Notes: generated by a model not told the origin, from the sequence alone. Shown: positions 24,690 to 36,956, counted from the first letter of the whole stretch. The stretch: DNA of 62,916 nucleotides, filler included, from Reticulomyxa filosa (GCA_000512085.1; 16 parts of 16 records of this genome joined end to end with filler, not necessarily neighbours in it); one strand, 5' to 3'. A program made the numbers and translations.

Positions 24690-25630
24690 ATCTTCTTCCG
24701 TTGTTGCTGTTGATGAAGAAGAAGAAAAAGAAGAAGAAGAATTCGAGGAAGAATGGAGCATAGGTCCAGAGTCTTCGGAAGATGACGAAGACAATAAAGT
24801 GACAATGGAAAGCAAACGACTGCACGTGCACGCAATGACAGATGAAATGCTACTGTCGGCCCAGCTGAAGCCGATCAAAGAGGAAGCCCCAGAGAGCACC
24901 CAAACGGGAAACACAGAGGAAGAAGAGGAGGAGACCGATCATTACACGCGGCCCCGTCGAAGCGTCATCTATGTATGCCGTCGTTGTGGCACGCATTTGA
25001 GTTGCTCCGAATACGTGGTCAACAAAGAGTTCACTGGGAGAACTGGCAAAGCCTATTTGACTGTCACTTGTTTTAATGTTGAATTCGGAACGGAAGAGCG
25101 ACGACAGCTGACCACTGGAGTACATCAAGTTTGCGATATTTATTGCAAAGGCTGTGGCGGAAATGTCGGATGGAGCTATTCTGACGCAGAGCAGAAAGAA
25201 CAAAAGTATAAAGTGGGACACTTTTGTTTGGAAAAGGCGCTGCTAGAAGAGGATGCTTCATTTGTAGTTAATGTTTCCCCCCTTTTAAAAAAAAAAAAAA
25301 ATTGAAATTGAACTTGTTTGTGGGTGCACTCGAAATATACTGCAGAAACGCCGTGGATTTGGCAGTGGAATCAAACCCAATTTGGAAGGCCATATGCAAA
25401 GGTCAGACACAAACAATACAATTACCCGCTCAACTCAAGCACTTCCCGAAAGGGTCTTGAGTGATTCTAGTGAGAATGATGCAGAAAGAAAGGAAGAACA
25501 CAACGAAGACGAAGAGGACGACGATGATGATGACGATGACGATGATGACGACGATAAAAACGAGTCTCAATATGTTGAAGGAGATGAAAGTGATGAAGAT
25601 ATTAATGTTGAAGAGATCCCCATTGATTAA
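24412..25630 (+). CDS. Yippee/Mis18-family zinc-binding protein with long acidic extensions; last exon 25346-25630; start uncertain (possibly 24211 or 24581)
   Basis: YVCRRCGTHL..KEFTGRTGKAYL..FNV..G.EERRQLTTGVHQVCDIYCKGCGGNVGWSY..A....QKYKVGHFCLEKA matches the Yippee consensus. Confidence 0.9.
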
Positions 25631-26043
25631 ACATACTTTGCCCATTACTATCTTTGTGAATTCTCTCCCAAAAAAAACTATCTTATTATAATCAATCAAA
25701 TTCACTCTTCTGCTAGGAGAGAAGAGGACCAAAAAAAAATTTAAAAAAGTTCTCGGTGTGAAGATTTATCTTTCATTCTCGACGATGGAAAAGTTACTTT
25801 TATTGTAAAGAAGAACCAATGCAGAAGACCAAGAACAGAATTTAAAAAAAACTGTACAAGATTTTTTCTTGACGCCAAATCGTTTCCACAATTGCCATCT
25901 TTAGTTAGTTAGCTTGGTTCCAAAAAAATTTAAAAAATTAATTCCTTTTTTTGCCCAACAATTTCAACTCAAACATTATTAAAGATTAACCAAACAAAAA
26001 AAGCATCTCTTGAAGAAATCCTTCAAAAAAAAATAATACTCGA

Positions 26044-26363
26044 TCAGCATTCTCCTCCAAACGTGCTTTCTCCCGAGTATGTGAGATATAAAAAGCCGTC
26101 CTCATCCTTATGGTCTTTGTAGATGGCAGACATCAAGGCAGCTTTTGCATCACAACAAACAAATACAAACAAAACAACCACTAATTTGAAGATATTGGAT
26201 ATACAATTTGTTTTGGATGTTATTAGACAAGTATTTTACATGTTGAAGGAATCTTGTTGTCAATGAACACGAAAATAGCCTTTTCAGGAGGAATTTTTAT
26301 TCTTTTTCGAATCACGTATACAAATTGGCTCACAGCCAGATCTCCAGGGACCAAGTACCTTTT
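26044..26363 (-). CDS. ATG8: Autophagy protein ATG8 (GABARAP/LC3 family), 3' part; exons >26363-26240 and 26141-26044
   Basis: Manual translation: [41 protein letters not shown]|[32 protein letters not shown]. Not in the ORF track. Confidence 0.95.
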
Positions 26364-26495
26364 NNNNNNNNNNNNNNNNNNNNNNNNNNNNNNNNNNNNN
26401 NNNNNNNTTAATTAATTAANNNNNNNNNNNNNNNNNNNNNNNNNNNNNNNNNNNNNNNNNNNNAAATATAAGAATTTATAAATAAATACATATAT

Positions 26496-26720
26496 TTACG
26501 TACCTTTGGCAGTAACGTTATAAATACGTACACTGTGCAATAAACCGGAGCAATTGGTGGAATTGAAATACCAGTTTGCATAAGGTAGATCATTGGGATC
26601 ATTGCTGGTGCAATGAAAGTAAAAGCTCCATTCCACATCACCCTCTTTTGCCACGTGACATTGATCAATAGCCCAAATTTCGTTGTTCACGCTCACAAAA
26701 TTGCATTCAAACTGTATTGA
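26496..26720 (-). CDS. Hypothetical Cys/Trp-containing exon, possibly extracellular
   Basis: CNFVSVNNEIWAIDQCH..WSFYFHC..WYFNSTNCSG ends at a gtacgt donor. No family recognised. Confidence 0.3.
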   Translation of the reverse strand, partial: SIQFECNFVSVNNEIWAIDQCHVAKEGDVEWSFYFHCTSNDPNDLPYANWYFNSTNCSGLLHSVRIYNVTAKGT

Positions 26721-27286
26721 AGGAATTTTCAGTCAAACGAACTTAATGAAAAGCAATTTATGATTGATATAATTTATTTATCAACAAAAAACAACTAGAA
26801 TTTTTTTTATTTCAATCTTCTCTAAAAAATTTTTGGAGTTGACAAGAGCGAACACTAAAAAAATAGAACAAAAAATTTTATTTGGACATATGATAATAGC
26901 AACATTAATACTATTTTCAGTTTTCATAGCACTGCATCTTTTTTTATCACTCTTTGAAAACAATTCAAAAAACGTGAAGTGGGACACTTTTTTTTGGAAA
27001 TTTTGACAACCTATAATATAAATGTTTTAACACTCGCCAAATAAATTTTTAAAAATTTGTGAGATAAATTGGAGATAACCGGTTTTTTTTCTGACAAGCA
27101 CTCTGGTTTTAAATAGATTTTTTTTAAAGAAGTGTTGAAAAACATTAATCTTAACAAAAACTTGAGTGCCTCAGTGAATAAATTTATGGAATTCAACAAA
27201 ACTTTTTCTACTTATAACGTCAACAAGTTAAAAACGTTACAAAAAATGAAACTATTTAAGAATGTTTGTAATTGTGTATTGAACAG

Positions 27287-29621
27287 AGTGAAAGAAAAGA
27301 ATGAATCGAAAATAATGAGAGAAATGTGTTTGTACATATTATGGAATATCCTGTCTTATCCCACAATTGTCAAATATCGTCAAATCGACACGAATTCATT
27401 ATATCAAATTTTAAAACGTAAGTGCTATCAATTCAATGGGAATGTAGATGACCTATTTGTGAATATAAAATCCTTTTTAGAAGAGTGTGGATTCCAAAAA
27501 GAAAGTGACGATAATTGGTATTATTATGACATTCAAATGTTATCGTTATGGAAATGCTATCAAAAATGGATTAATCAACAACAAATGTATTATATATTTG
27601 TTTTTATTTACAATTGACAAATGGCAAATAACAAATGTATAGTTACAAAACAAAGAGTAGATATTCCAAAGACAGTATGTATGTTATCAAATGGAAAATG
27701 GAAAGAATTTGAGATTGCATTTGATTATGAATATCGAAGAATTGTATTATTGAACGAGCATAACTCAAATAAAAAAAAGAAATTGAAAGTAAAAACATTA
27801 CAGGTTGGAAATCCAAAAAAATTATCATTGGAATTGAATGTTCATATTCAAAGGTATAATGATTGTTCTGAAATTCAAACGAATTGTATCAAATACTGTA
27901 ATCTCATTCTTAACTATTCTTGGCATTTTCGCACAACAAAATATTCTGATAGAGATAATTTATCAGATTGTTGTTCAGTTAATAATTTCACATTTTATAT
28001 TTCATACACACAAAATATTTATCAAATAAATTTTTATTGATATTTATTTATAAACAGGAGTTCAATTCATTCCAAATTTTTCAAAAAGAAAATAATTTAT
28101 TAACACATAAAGAGCCATTGAACCCTTATTTAATAACTTTGAAACAAGGACTTCAACATCTCAAAGATCAATTACAAATAATATCACAGTCTAGGTATGG
28201 AGAAGATGAATTGGTAGGGTTTGAATGTAATTTTGATAAATGTGAGCCGTCAATTCCACCAAAAATAAATGAAGATGTATTATTACATGATATTTACAAA
28301 CATATTCCTCATTATCCAAATATACAAGCTTATTGGAAAATAGATACAACATTCATCGTATCTTTCAAACACACAATTTGTGTTAAAAGATATGAAATTC
28401 CAAAAAGTATTAAAACTGAAAATATTTCATTAAATCAAAAATCTATATTCAATCCATTATTATTTGAATGTGATATTTACAAACTAAAAATTATTCAAGA
28501 TACTACATCTCTGACTAACTCATCAAGTAATAATGAATTAAAATTACTCTTGCATGAAATAATAAAAAATGGTTATTTGATTGATCTAATCGAATATCAA
28601 TATACAGATAATGAAAAAGAGGAAAGACAATTGCATGAAAGGATTAAACAACAAATTAACTACAATGAAAAAAATGCAAATGAATTAATACTGAATGAAA
28701 AAATATTAACAATATTAAATGAAGCAAAGATATTATATCATGATGATATTCATGAACAAATGGGATATCCACTTCAATTATATCATATTTGTGCAATATT
28801 ATTGTATTGTGGAAAATCATGTAATATTGAATTTAGTTATAATCAAATACAATTTAAACATTTTAAATGGAAACATTTGGATGTGTATTTACACAATGCT
28901 GTATCTATTTTGCATAAACATGAAAGAAGAGAAGAAGAGAGTATTGATTTATATTGTGGATTGAAAGGAGTTAGAATGGGGAATATCAAAGAAATAAAAG
29001 AAGGATTTTTTATAAGTCATGTAAGTACTTCTGATGATATTCAAATTGCACGAAAGTTTAGAAGTAATCAAGGATGCATTTTACACTTTCATCCCTCTAT
29101 GAGAAGGGCAAATATGATACCAAGTTGTGATGTATCATGGATATCTCCATTTAAAAATGAACGTGAAATTTTATTTGCAAGATCTTTCACATATTCTGAT
29201 GAGAGAATGAATAAAGAATATGCTTCATGGAATGCAAAAATAGAAAGTGAAGATAATTATACACAAATGATATTATTAACATGGACACAATATGATCGAT
29301 ATATTGGACAAATTATGGAAATAAGTGCATTATGGAATCAATCTATTGACTTAAATCTCATATATATACTTTTGTTTTATACCAAAGGGGATATGCATGA
29401 AACAATTCAAAATTTATATATATTTGAAGAATGGAGAATGCAACCAAACAATAAAAAAAAAATATGAAGAAAAAAAGAAAGAATTTATGGAAAGACGTTG
29501 TTGCAATCATAATATCAATCTTTTTTTTATTTTTTTTGCAGAAAGCAGACTTAAACATAATCTAATTGAATTTGCAACGCAAGTCACTGCTATAGATGGT
29601 TTACCATTTGTTAACAAATAA
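27287..29621 (+). CDS. Multidomain protein with a PUB-like N-terminus and an ADP-ribosyltransferase (ART)-like domain; multi-exon, with probable homopolymer frameshifts near 27650 and 29460
   Basis: ILWNILSYPTIVKYRQI..FLEECGF is PUB-like. AILLYC..LYCGL (28949)..HVSTS (29024-29032)..DVSWISPFKNEREILF (29159-29167) resembles the R-S-E ART motif set. Introns at ~27586-27640 and ~27978-28057. Confidence 0.65.
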
Positions 29622-29899
29622 GAAACAAATTTTGTAAATAAATGTGCCATGCTTTAAAAATGGGAAGACTCAACTATGAAAGAAGAAAGTACTAATTATT
29701 CTTTTTCTTGTTTGTTTGGAAAATGTGCTTGAAATTTTTGTCTTGCTTTAAGTAAAGTTGCAAAAACGATTACATAAATAAAAACATACACTCCACACTT
29801 TTTTTTCTATTTCAAAAGACTGAGTGGTTAATGAAAGAATAGGGACACTTGAAATATGTGTCAATTAATAGAGGAAACTTAATTATAGTTTGTGTTATC

Positions 29900-30780
29900 A
29901 CTAAATACAAATTGGGTCTTTGGTTGAACCATAACACAGATAAATACCACAATCACTATCATTATTTCTTTTTCTGCTCTTTTTTAATTGTAAGAATTTA
30001 AGACATATTATTCCACCACTTCTATGTCATCTCCTTCAATCAAAAAAAAAAAAAAAAAAAAAAAATAAGCAAGTTCTGTTTATTTGATCGAATATCCTAC
30101 AAGCGAACACTTTTATCTGTGATCCAGATAATATTTTATTTACTAATTCATTTGATCCATATTTTTCACTCCTAACATAACCATTATGTCCTTTGAATAC
30201 ATTCAATCGTTTGCTTTTTTCAATATCCCATATTCGAATGATTTGATTAAATGATCCAGAAGAAATTGTATATCCATTTCCACTAAGCACACCAATATTA
30301 TTACTTTACAATGTGAGATATCAACACACCAAACATCGTTTTCATGTCAATTGAACATGTAACAATTTGCATGTTTCAATATCCCACAAACGACTTGATC
30401 TGAGTGTCCTTTGAATAATTGAATATGCTTGTTGCTATCAAAATCCCATACATGAACTGTTTTATCCTCTGATATAGGACAAATGAATTGATCATTGTCA
30501 ATTGTTGAATAATCAATACTATATACATCTGCTATGTACTTTAAATGTTTTAAGTAATTTGGATGATGAACAAAATGTATCAAACACGAAGATGGTATAT
30601 GCCTATGTTAAATAAACATTTAAATATTTTGATTGATACTAAATAAAAGAAAAACAAGTGAACTGACATAATCGACAACGAATTTATTAAAGTCTCCGAT
30701 CCATCCTAATTTAATATTTAATATTCGGTCTAGTGATGAAGGATTATTTGGGCCTCTGCTTTTGACTATTTCAGTCTAAA
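29900..30780 (-). pseudogene. WD40-family pseudogene
   Basis: Contains QIILHH*TRILNIKLGWIGDFNKFVVDY, then fragments YSIDYS..DKTVHVWD, GNGYTISSGS..IRIWD and LCYGS. Stops, frameshifts and deletions throughout. Confidence 0.85.
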
Positions 30781-30882
30781 GCNNNNNNNNNNNNNNNNNN
30801 NNNNNNNNNNNNNNNNNNNNNNNNNNTTAATTAATTAANNNNNNNNNNNNNNNNNNNNNNNNNNNNNNNNNNNNNNNNNNNN

Positions 30883-31137
30883 TATATTTCCCTGTTTATG
30901 TTGTTACTTTCTATGTTCTACTGTCTATGCCGCTTCTGTCTAGTTGTTCCAGTCTATGTTTTCCTGTTTATGTTGTTCCAGTATATGTTATTCCTGTCTA
31001 TATTGTCCTGTCTATGTTGTTCCAGTCTATGTTGTTCCAGTCCATGTTGTTCAAGTCAAGTCTATGTTTTTCTGTGTATATGCTATTCTGATCTAGGTTG
31101 TTCCGGTCTAGGTGTCCCTGTCAAGATTGTTCCGGTG
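30883..31137. repeat. Degenerate 14-15-bp minisatellite, consensus ~GTCTATGTTGTTCCA
   Basis: Near-perfect tandem units gtctatgttgttcca at ~31010-31050, with many decayed units on either side. Confidence 0.85.
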
Positions 31138-31412
31138 GGTCCTAGAAATCGTAACCACCAACCCTCTACGTGGGAGGACCTAGTAACACACTTACATATT
31201 TTGTAGTGTGGCCAAGGTGAATTCACCAGGTGGACGTCACCACAAACTTGTGGTGTTTATTATTTAAAACATAAACCTAAAAAAAAATAAAAACAGGTAT
31301 GATGAAAATCAAAGTCAAAGTTCAAATCAAGACCAAGATTCGAATTCATATGCAAATGTAAATGAATGTGAGAACAACAAAGACAAGAACAAATGATAAG
31401 ATATACTCAACA

Positions 31413-33345
31413 GAAATTGGAGAAACAAAACCAGGAATTAATTTGCAATGATATTGTAGCAATGAAAACTGTTTGGCATCAAAAATCAAATTACTCGTAT
31501 GTGTGAATATTGGTTTTGTAATGCTACATTTATGAACATGCAATGAATAGTATTGAAATTAAAAATTTAATGGCAGAAATACAGAAATATGAAATTACTA
31601 TTGTAAAATTATCCAGTTTAAAAGGAAACGAAAGACTATTGGAAAAGATTCAAACAGATTATGGTGATAATTTTAATCAAACATTTGCTATATGAAGATT
31701 TACAATCTTATGTGATAATCAAATAAGAAGAGGAATTAAAATAAGCAAGTAATGAAACATTAACCAAAATTAATGATGTAATTTGCGAAATGGATTGATA
31801 TAAATGAAATTTAAAAAATTGCAAATTGTTACAAACCACATTCAAAAATTCGAATATTAAGACATCCTCAATTAAAGGAAATAAGTAAAGAACAAATTGC
31901 AGACATTAAAATTAATCAATTTTGTACATTCATTTTATTTGAATATTTTAAGACACATATTATGGATAAAATAAATCCAGCAAGTTGTACTGATGTTATA
32001 TTATTGTTAAAAAAATCAAGGAAAGAAGAATTAGGAGAATACACAACTATGTCTCCATAACATCAATTCCTGTTTCTATCTCATTACAAAAAATGTTATA
32101 ACGAATTAAATGAAGACAAATCATTTCTCAAGCATTATAAATGAAACAAATCAATAAAGAGATAATGGATATTGTTCATGAAAATATTTCATTTGTATTT
32201 ATTTTTGATGGATTTGATGAAATTTTTGATAAATATAACAATAATAATAATGGAGATATTTTTATGAACATTAACAGGTCGAAGTCATGTATTAAATGAT
32301 AAAGATATTTTAATTGGTTCAAAGAACAACATCAATGATATATTCATTGCCTTTTTCAAACCACAAATGAATGGATAGATTGATGAAAAAAATAAAACGA
32401 ATGCATTGCAAAATCTAGGATATTTATTCATGTTGCAAAAACAGAAGATATTCGGGAAAAATATTTTGATGGTGATAGTATTGCTAAATATGTATTTAAA
32501 AAAGTTGATAATCATAAATATCAATTTTTATATAAATCATCTCAAGAATATTTGATATTCTTTCATGGAGATCCAATGATATTACTATTGATAATCAATA
32601 ATTTCAACAACAATTTGAAACACATGTTCCAAAATTATCTATTAATTGTAAATTATTAAATGAGGAATTGGGAATCATCAAAATTAGAATAATATAAAAA
32701 TCAATTATGCAATTTTAGATCGTGTATTTCTTGAAGGAACTGATTTCACTAATGCAACCAAAGTAAATTTCACAAATGCATCAATGACTGACATTTACTT
32801 TGGGGAATATGCATATTTAGAAAGACATATAGATGTTGTAAAGGGTATTCAATTTTCACCAGATGGAACAAAAATAGTATCTTATTCAAATGATAAGATC
32901 ATTCAAATATGGGATGCATTCTCAAGAAAACAACTTCATGTACTAGAAGGACATTCTGATGAAATAAGAAGCGCTCAGTTTTCACATGATTGTTCTAAAA
33001 TTGTATCTTCAATTATTGAGTGGACATTCAAGGCGTGTGAACAGTATGAAATTTTCATTAGATGATTCTAAAATTATTTCAGGTTCAACTGATAATTCCA
33101 TTCGAATATGGGACGTATCTTCTGGGACACATCTTTTATCATTAGAAAGACATGAAAAAGAGGTAAAGAGAGCGTAATTCATATATAATGAATCAAAGAT
33201 TATATCATACTCATATAATAAAATTATTCGAATATTGGATACATTATCAGGTCAACAACTTCAATTATTGGAAGGATATACACATGATGTAAATGGAATT
33301 CAATTATCATCAAATGGTTTAAAATGCTTATCATATTAAATATAT
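31413..33345 (+). pseudogene. Decayed STAND/NLR-like gene: Cys-rich domain, RelA/SpoT-like motif, NACHT, pentapeptide repeats, WD40
   Basis: In order: EIGETKPGINLQ*YCSNENCLASK; SLKGNERLLEKIQTDYGDNFNQTFAI*RFTILCDN; IPVSISLQKCYNEL; Walker B FVFIFDGFDE (~32192-32221); TGRS; LEGTDFTNA..VNFTNASMTDIYFGE; QFSPDGTKIVSYSNDKIIQIWD. Many stops and deletions. Confidence 0.75.
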
Positions 33346-33815
33346 TATTGAACAATGGATAACATAAGCTACTTTATTTAAAGTAATGAAAATATATGAC
33401 ATATGATAATAAAAATGTAACAGTAAATACAAATACAAATGGTAATGATAAAATTATTTTGTAAATATTATTTATTTTAATATCGCAAACACACACACAT
33501 ACAAAAAAAAAATAAATTAGAAACAGAAAGCAAAGAAAATGAATTGAAGAATATAGAGCAGTTAGTAATAAAATTACTTTTTTTATATTGTTATATTTTA
33601 TATTTTTTTTTTTTAGAAATAATGAAAAAAACAAGAAGAACAAGAAATACAGTGAATGAAACTAATGGTAATAATAAGAGTGTATAAAAGAAAATGGGTA
33701 AAACAGAAAATCAGTNNNNNNNNNNNNNNNNNNNNNNNNNNNNNNNNNNNNNNNNNNNNTTAATTAATTAANNNNNNNNNNNNNNNNNNNNNNNNNNNNN
33801 NNNNNNNNNNNNNNN

Positions 33816-34614
33816 TTTTTTTTTTTTTTTTTTTTTTTTTTTGAGGAAAAACATAACCAACAAAAAACAATGATCATTCCAATAACTCCACCAACAGAGG
33901 TTGCAATAATGCGACTAATATAGTTCATGGATGGAGCCGATAGCCATGAGAGTGCAATTATGGTAGCTATCACTGCTGGCACACATATCCTTGTCGAAAC
34001 CCATTGCGTGTTCCCAAACGTGTTTTTGTTCTTTTCACGTGCAAACCATTGCAAACTGTTGGCATCTTCTCCGGTCAGTGCGTGCTTGTTTATTAATTGA
34101 ATCCACTTCCCTTGCGAGACCGCCAAGTTATATTGGGTATTGTACAATCTTTTTTATGCGTATGTTTATATAGTATACAAAAAAACTTGTTTAAGGCTCT
34201 TCTACTTCTTTTTAAAAAAGCGTACAAAAAAAATACATGCTGCCAACTCTTTCTTAACAATAGCCAAACTCGTGCGGCAAATACTTCACCCGCGACTGGA
34301 TAAGCAATCACCCACGTTACTTGACCAAGTTGGTAAAACACTTTTATCCACAACGGACTTGCTTCATAAGTTATCTCTGGATGCCGAATGTCGGTATAAT
34401 AGCCCCAGATGAAGAGGGACGGCTTAACAATAGCCAATCCAATGAAAGCACAGATTACATCTGCAACAGCCAAGACATATTGTCGGCTATGAACAACTGG
34501 TAAAAAACGAACTTTGATTAATTGAACTAACCAATACACTACAATACCACTCAATAAATAAAATAAAACGAGTTCTGCTGCGAGGATAATTGAGGCTGTT
34601 GCATTAGCTGCCAT
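33816..34614 (-). CDS. Multi-pass membrane protein of a GPCR-like lineage family; 5' part, intron ~34260-34148
   Basis: Several hydrophobic segments. The motif FAARVWLL|YNTQY..W.QLI..WF..NTFGNTQWVSTR is shared with the gene at 53995. Confidence 0.7.
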
Positions 34615-36386
34615 TATTCCCTTTGAACGTGGTAACTGCCCACTTTTTTAAAAAAAATTCACACTAAAAATTAAAACCTTATGAAACCGTTAATCAGAGC
34701 ATCATTTTCTTAGCATCAACGTTGCTTTCATTCATTGTTCTTACATTTGATACGTTACACTATAAGACGCTTAGTAAATGCATTTGTTATTTTATTTGTT
34801 TAAATCCTACTTACAAATTTGTAATTATGCAGTTTTCACAGAAACTCTTACTATCAAAAAACTTCTTCTAAGGTATATGAAATGCATTTGTCAAAATTTT
34901 AAAAATGTATACTGCATATCGTAGTTTATGAACATGTAAAGGTTTGTTTAATTTTTAAAACAGAAAACTATTGTAATTCGATCTTTTGATATTTTTGAAA
35001 GTGCGACTTTGTTCGATATTTACAGCAATTTTTAAAATTTTTTTTTCGTTTCAAGACTTCATCTTGTTGGTTATTAACAACTTGTCTCCATAAACTTTAA
35101 AGAGTTGTTGTATCTCTTGTCTTTTTTTCCATTTTTTAACTAAGGGAAACGTCTTACGTTTGGTTAAAAAACTTAACTAAAGACAGACTTTCACGAAAAA
35201 GGTAACGAAGTTCAGCAGTCAAGTTTCAACGTACAATATGTTTCAAAAAATGGAAGTTATAACCAGTATTTCCAAAAATGTATTCAAAATCCAAAAAAAG
35301 CGTAAAATGTATTATTAAATTTTGAGTAGAACACAAGAAAAGTATGCCGGGTTTGCAAAACGGTACACGGATTGAGGAAAATAAAGAAATGGTATATAGC
35401 AAAAACAATTTGCTGTACTTACTGATTTATCAGTGTGTCATTGTGTCGTGAAATTTTGTTACTATCGTGCAAAGTTTTTTCAACTGTTGACCGTTTCCCA
35501 TTTTATATCATTTAACTTACTTTTTGAATGTATGAGTCGTAATTTCAGACCGACTATATACATTTTTCGTGTGACTGAGTATATTCTTTGTGCTATAAAG
35601 AAAAAATAAATATATATGTACGTCTGACAATTTTCGAGGAGCAAACAATTCGATATTTGTGTGCTTGAAAACAGCTTTTTTTATGCAATTGAATCTCCGC
35701 CAATCTTTTTTTAACAACAGGATTTGCTAACTCAAACGTTTATGTCTTTAACTTTTTCTGGGGATGCAGCTGCATTTTATAAGTCTGCCACATTTCCTTT
35801 TCTAAAATTTGAACTGCTATGTGGCAAGAATATTTTAAGTATTATTTTCATCATTTGAGAGAGGACATTGTCAACAAAAAATAAAAAAAATCTAATCATG
35901 ATATATACCTTTCACCAATATGGTTCAAAAACAAAACTCCTACATTATCAATTTTGAATTTTTCGAAAAACAGAAAAAAAGCAGCGTTTTCAATACAACC
36001 ACCTACCTTTTTAAGTGAAGTTTTCAATTTAAGAGGGAATAATTTTTGTTTATTGGAGTCCATTTAATAATTGTTGCCGATAATATCTTGTTTTTCATTC
36101 ATTAACTTCGATTTTCTTCCGTCGATTGTAAACAAAACCCAAACGAACAACTGATAAAAAATCTGCCGATTGAAAACAAAAAATTTATAAATGTACGTGA
36201 TGCTTTGACAATTCACCTGAAATTATTACAAAAAAACGCTACCATTCTATAATGCAAGAACCAGTACAGTATACGTAGCTAGGGAAAAAACCACCAATGG
36301 AAAAAGAAATTGAAAAAATCAAACACAAAAAAAAAGATAAAAAAATAAGAGGACCAGTAATGCCAATTGTGTCTTTTGCAAAACTT

Positions 36387-36836
36387 TTAAATATTTAATT
36401 TCCTTCGTTTATTGCTACCAGAAGGACAACAAGTCCACATTTCCAAGCTAGTGGTCGATTTCCTTCTTTTTTTTCCGATGGAAACACGGGATTGTCGATG
36501 CAGCTTTTTTTTATTTGTACATTTGGATTTTGTTTTAACATTGGCCGATCGACATTTCCTGGCTTTTGAGCTACTCTTGGAGATACAATGAGTAGCATTT
36601 TCTTCATTGGAAACTTTGTCAATGACACCTGCACAACCACTAACAGGAAGGTGTACTGGGTCGGAAGTTACCAATTTCATAAAGCGCCTATCTATATTCA
36701 TTCGAATGAAGGTTTTGTGCTCCAAGCAAAACTCAACCTCGAAAATATTCGGACTAATTTCTCTTTGCACTTTTGCGTACTTTCCACAGTACTCTGTCAT
36801 CCTATGATTCGATTGCAACACAGAACATATGTTAAG
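36387..36836 (-). CDS. Hypothetical protein, terminal exon with a basic C-terminus
   Basis: 144-codon ORF after an acag acceptor near 36838. No family recognised. Confidence 0.4.
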   Translation of the reverse strand, partial: LNICSVLQSNHRMTEYCGKYAKVQREISPNIFEVEFCLEHKTFIRMNIDRRFMKLVTSDPVHLPVSGCAGVIDKVSNEENATHCISKSSSKARKCRSANVKTKSKCTNKKKLHRQSRVSIGKKRRKSTTSLEMWTCCPSGSNKRRKLNI

Positions 36837-36956
36837 CTGTAGTTATTTTTTTTTCCNNNNNNNNNNNNNNNNNNNNNNNNNNNNNNNNNNNNNNNNNNNN
36901 TTAATTAATTAANNNNNNNNNNNNNNNNNNNNNNNNNNNNNNNNNNNNNNNNNNNN

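Noticed and set aside
30883-31137. Possible CRISPR array
   Set aside because: Units are contiguous and degenerate with no unique spacers, there are no cas genes, and the context is eukaryotic.
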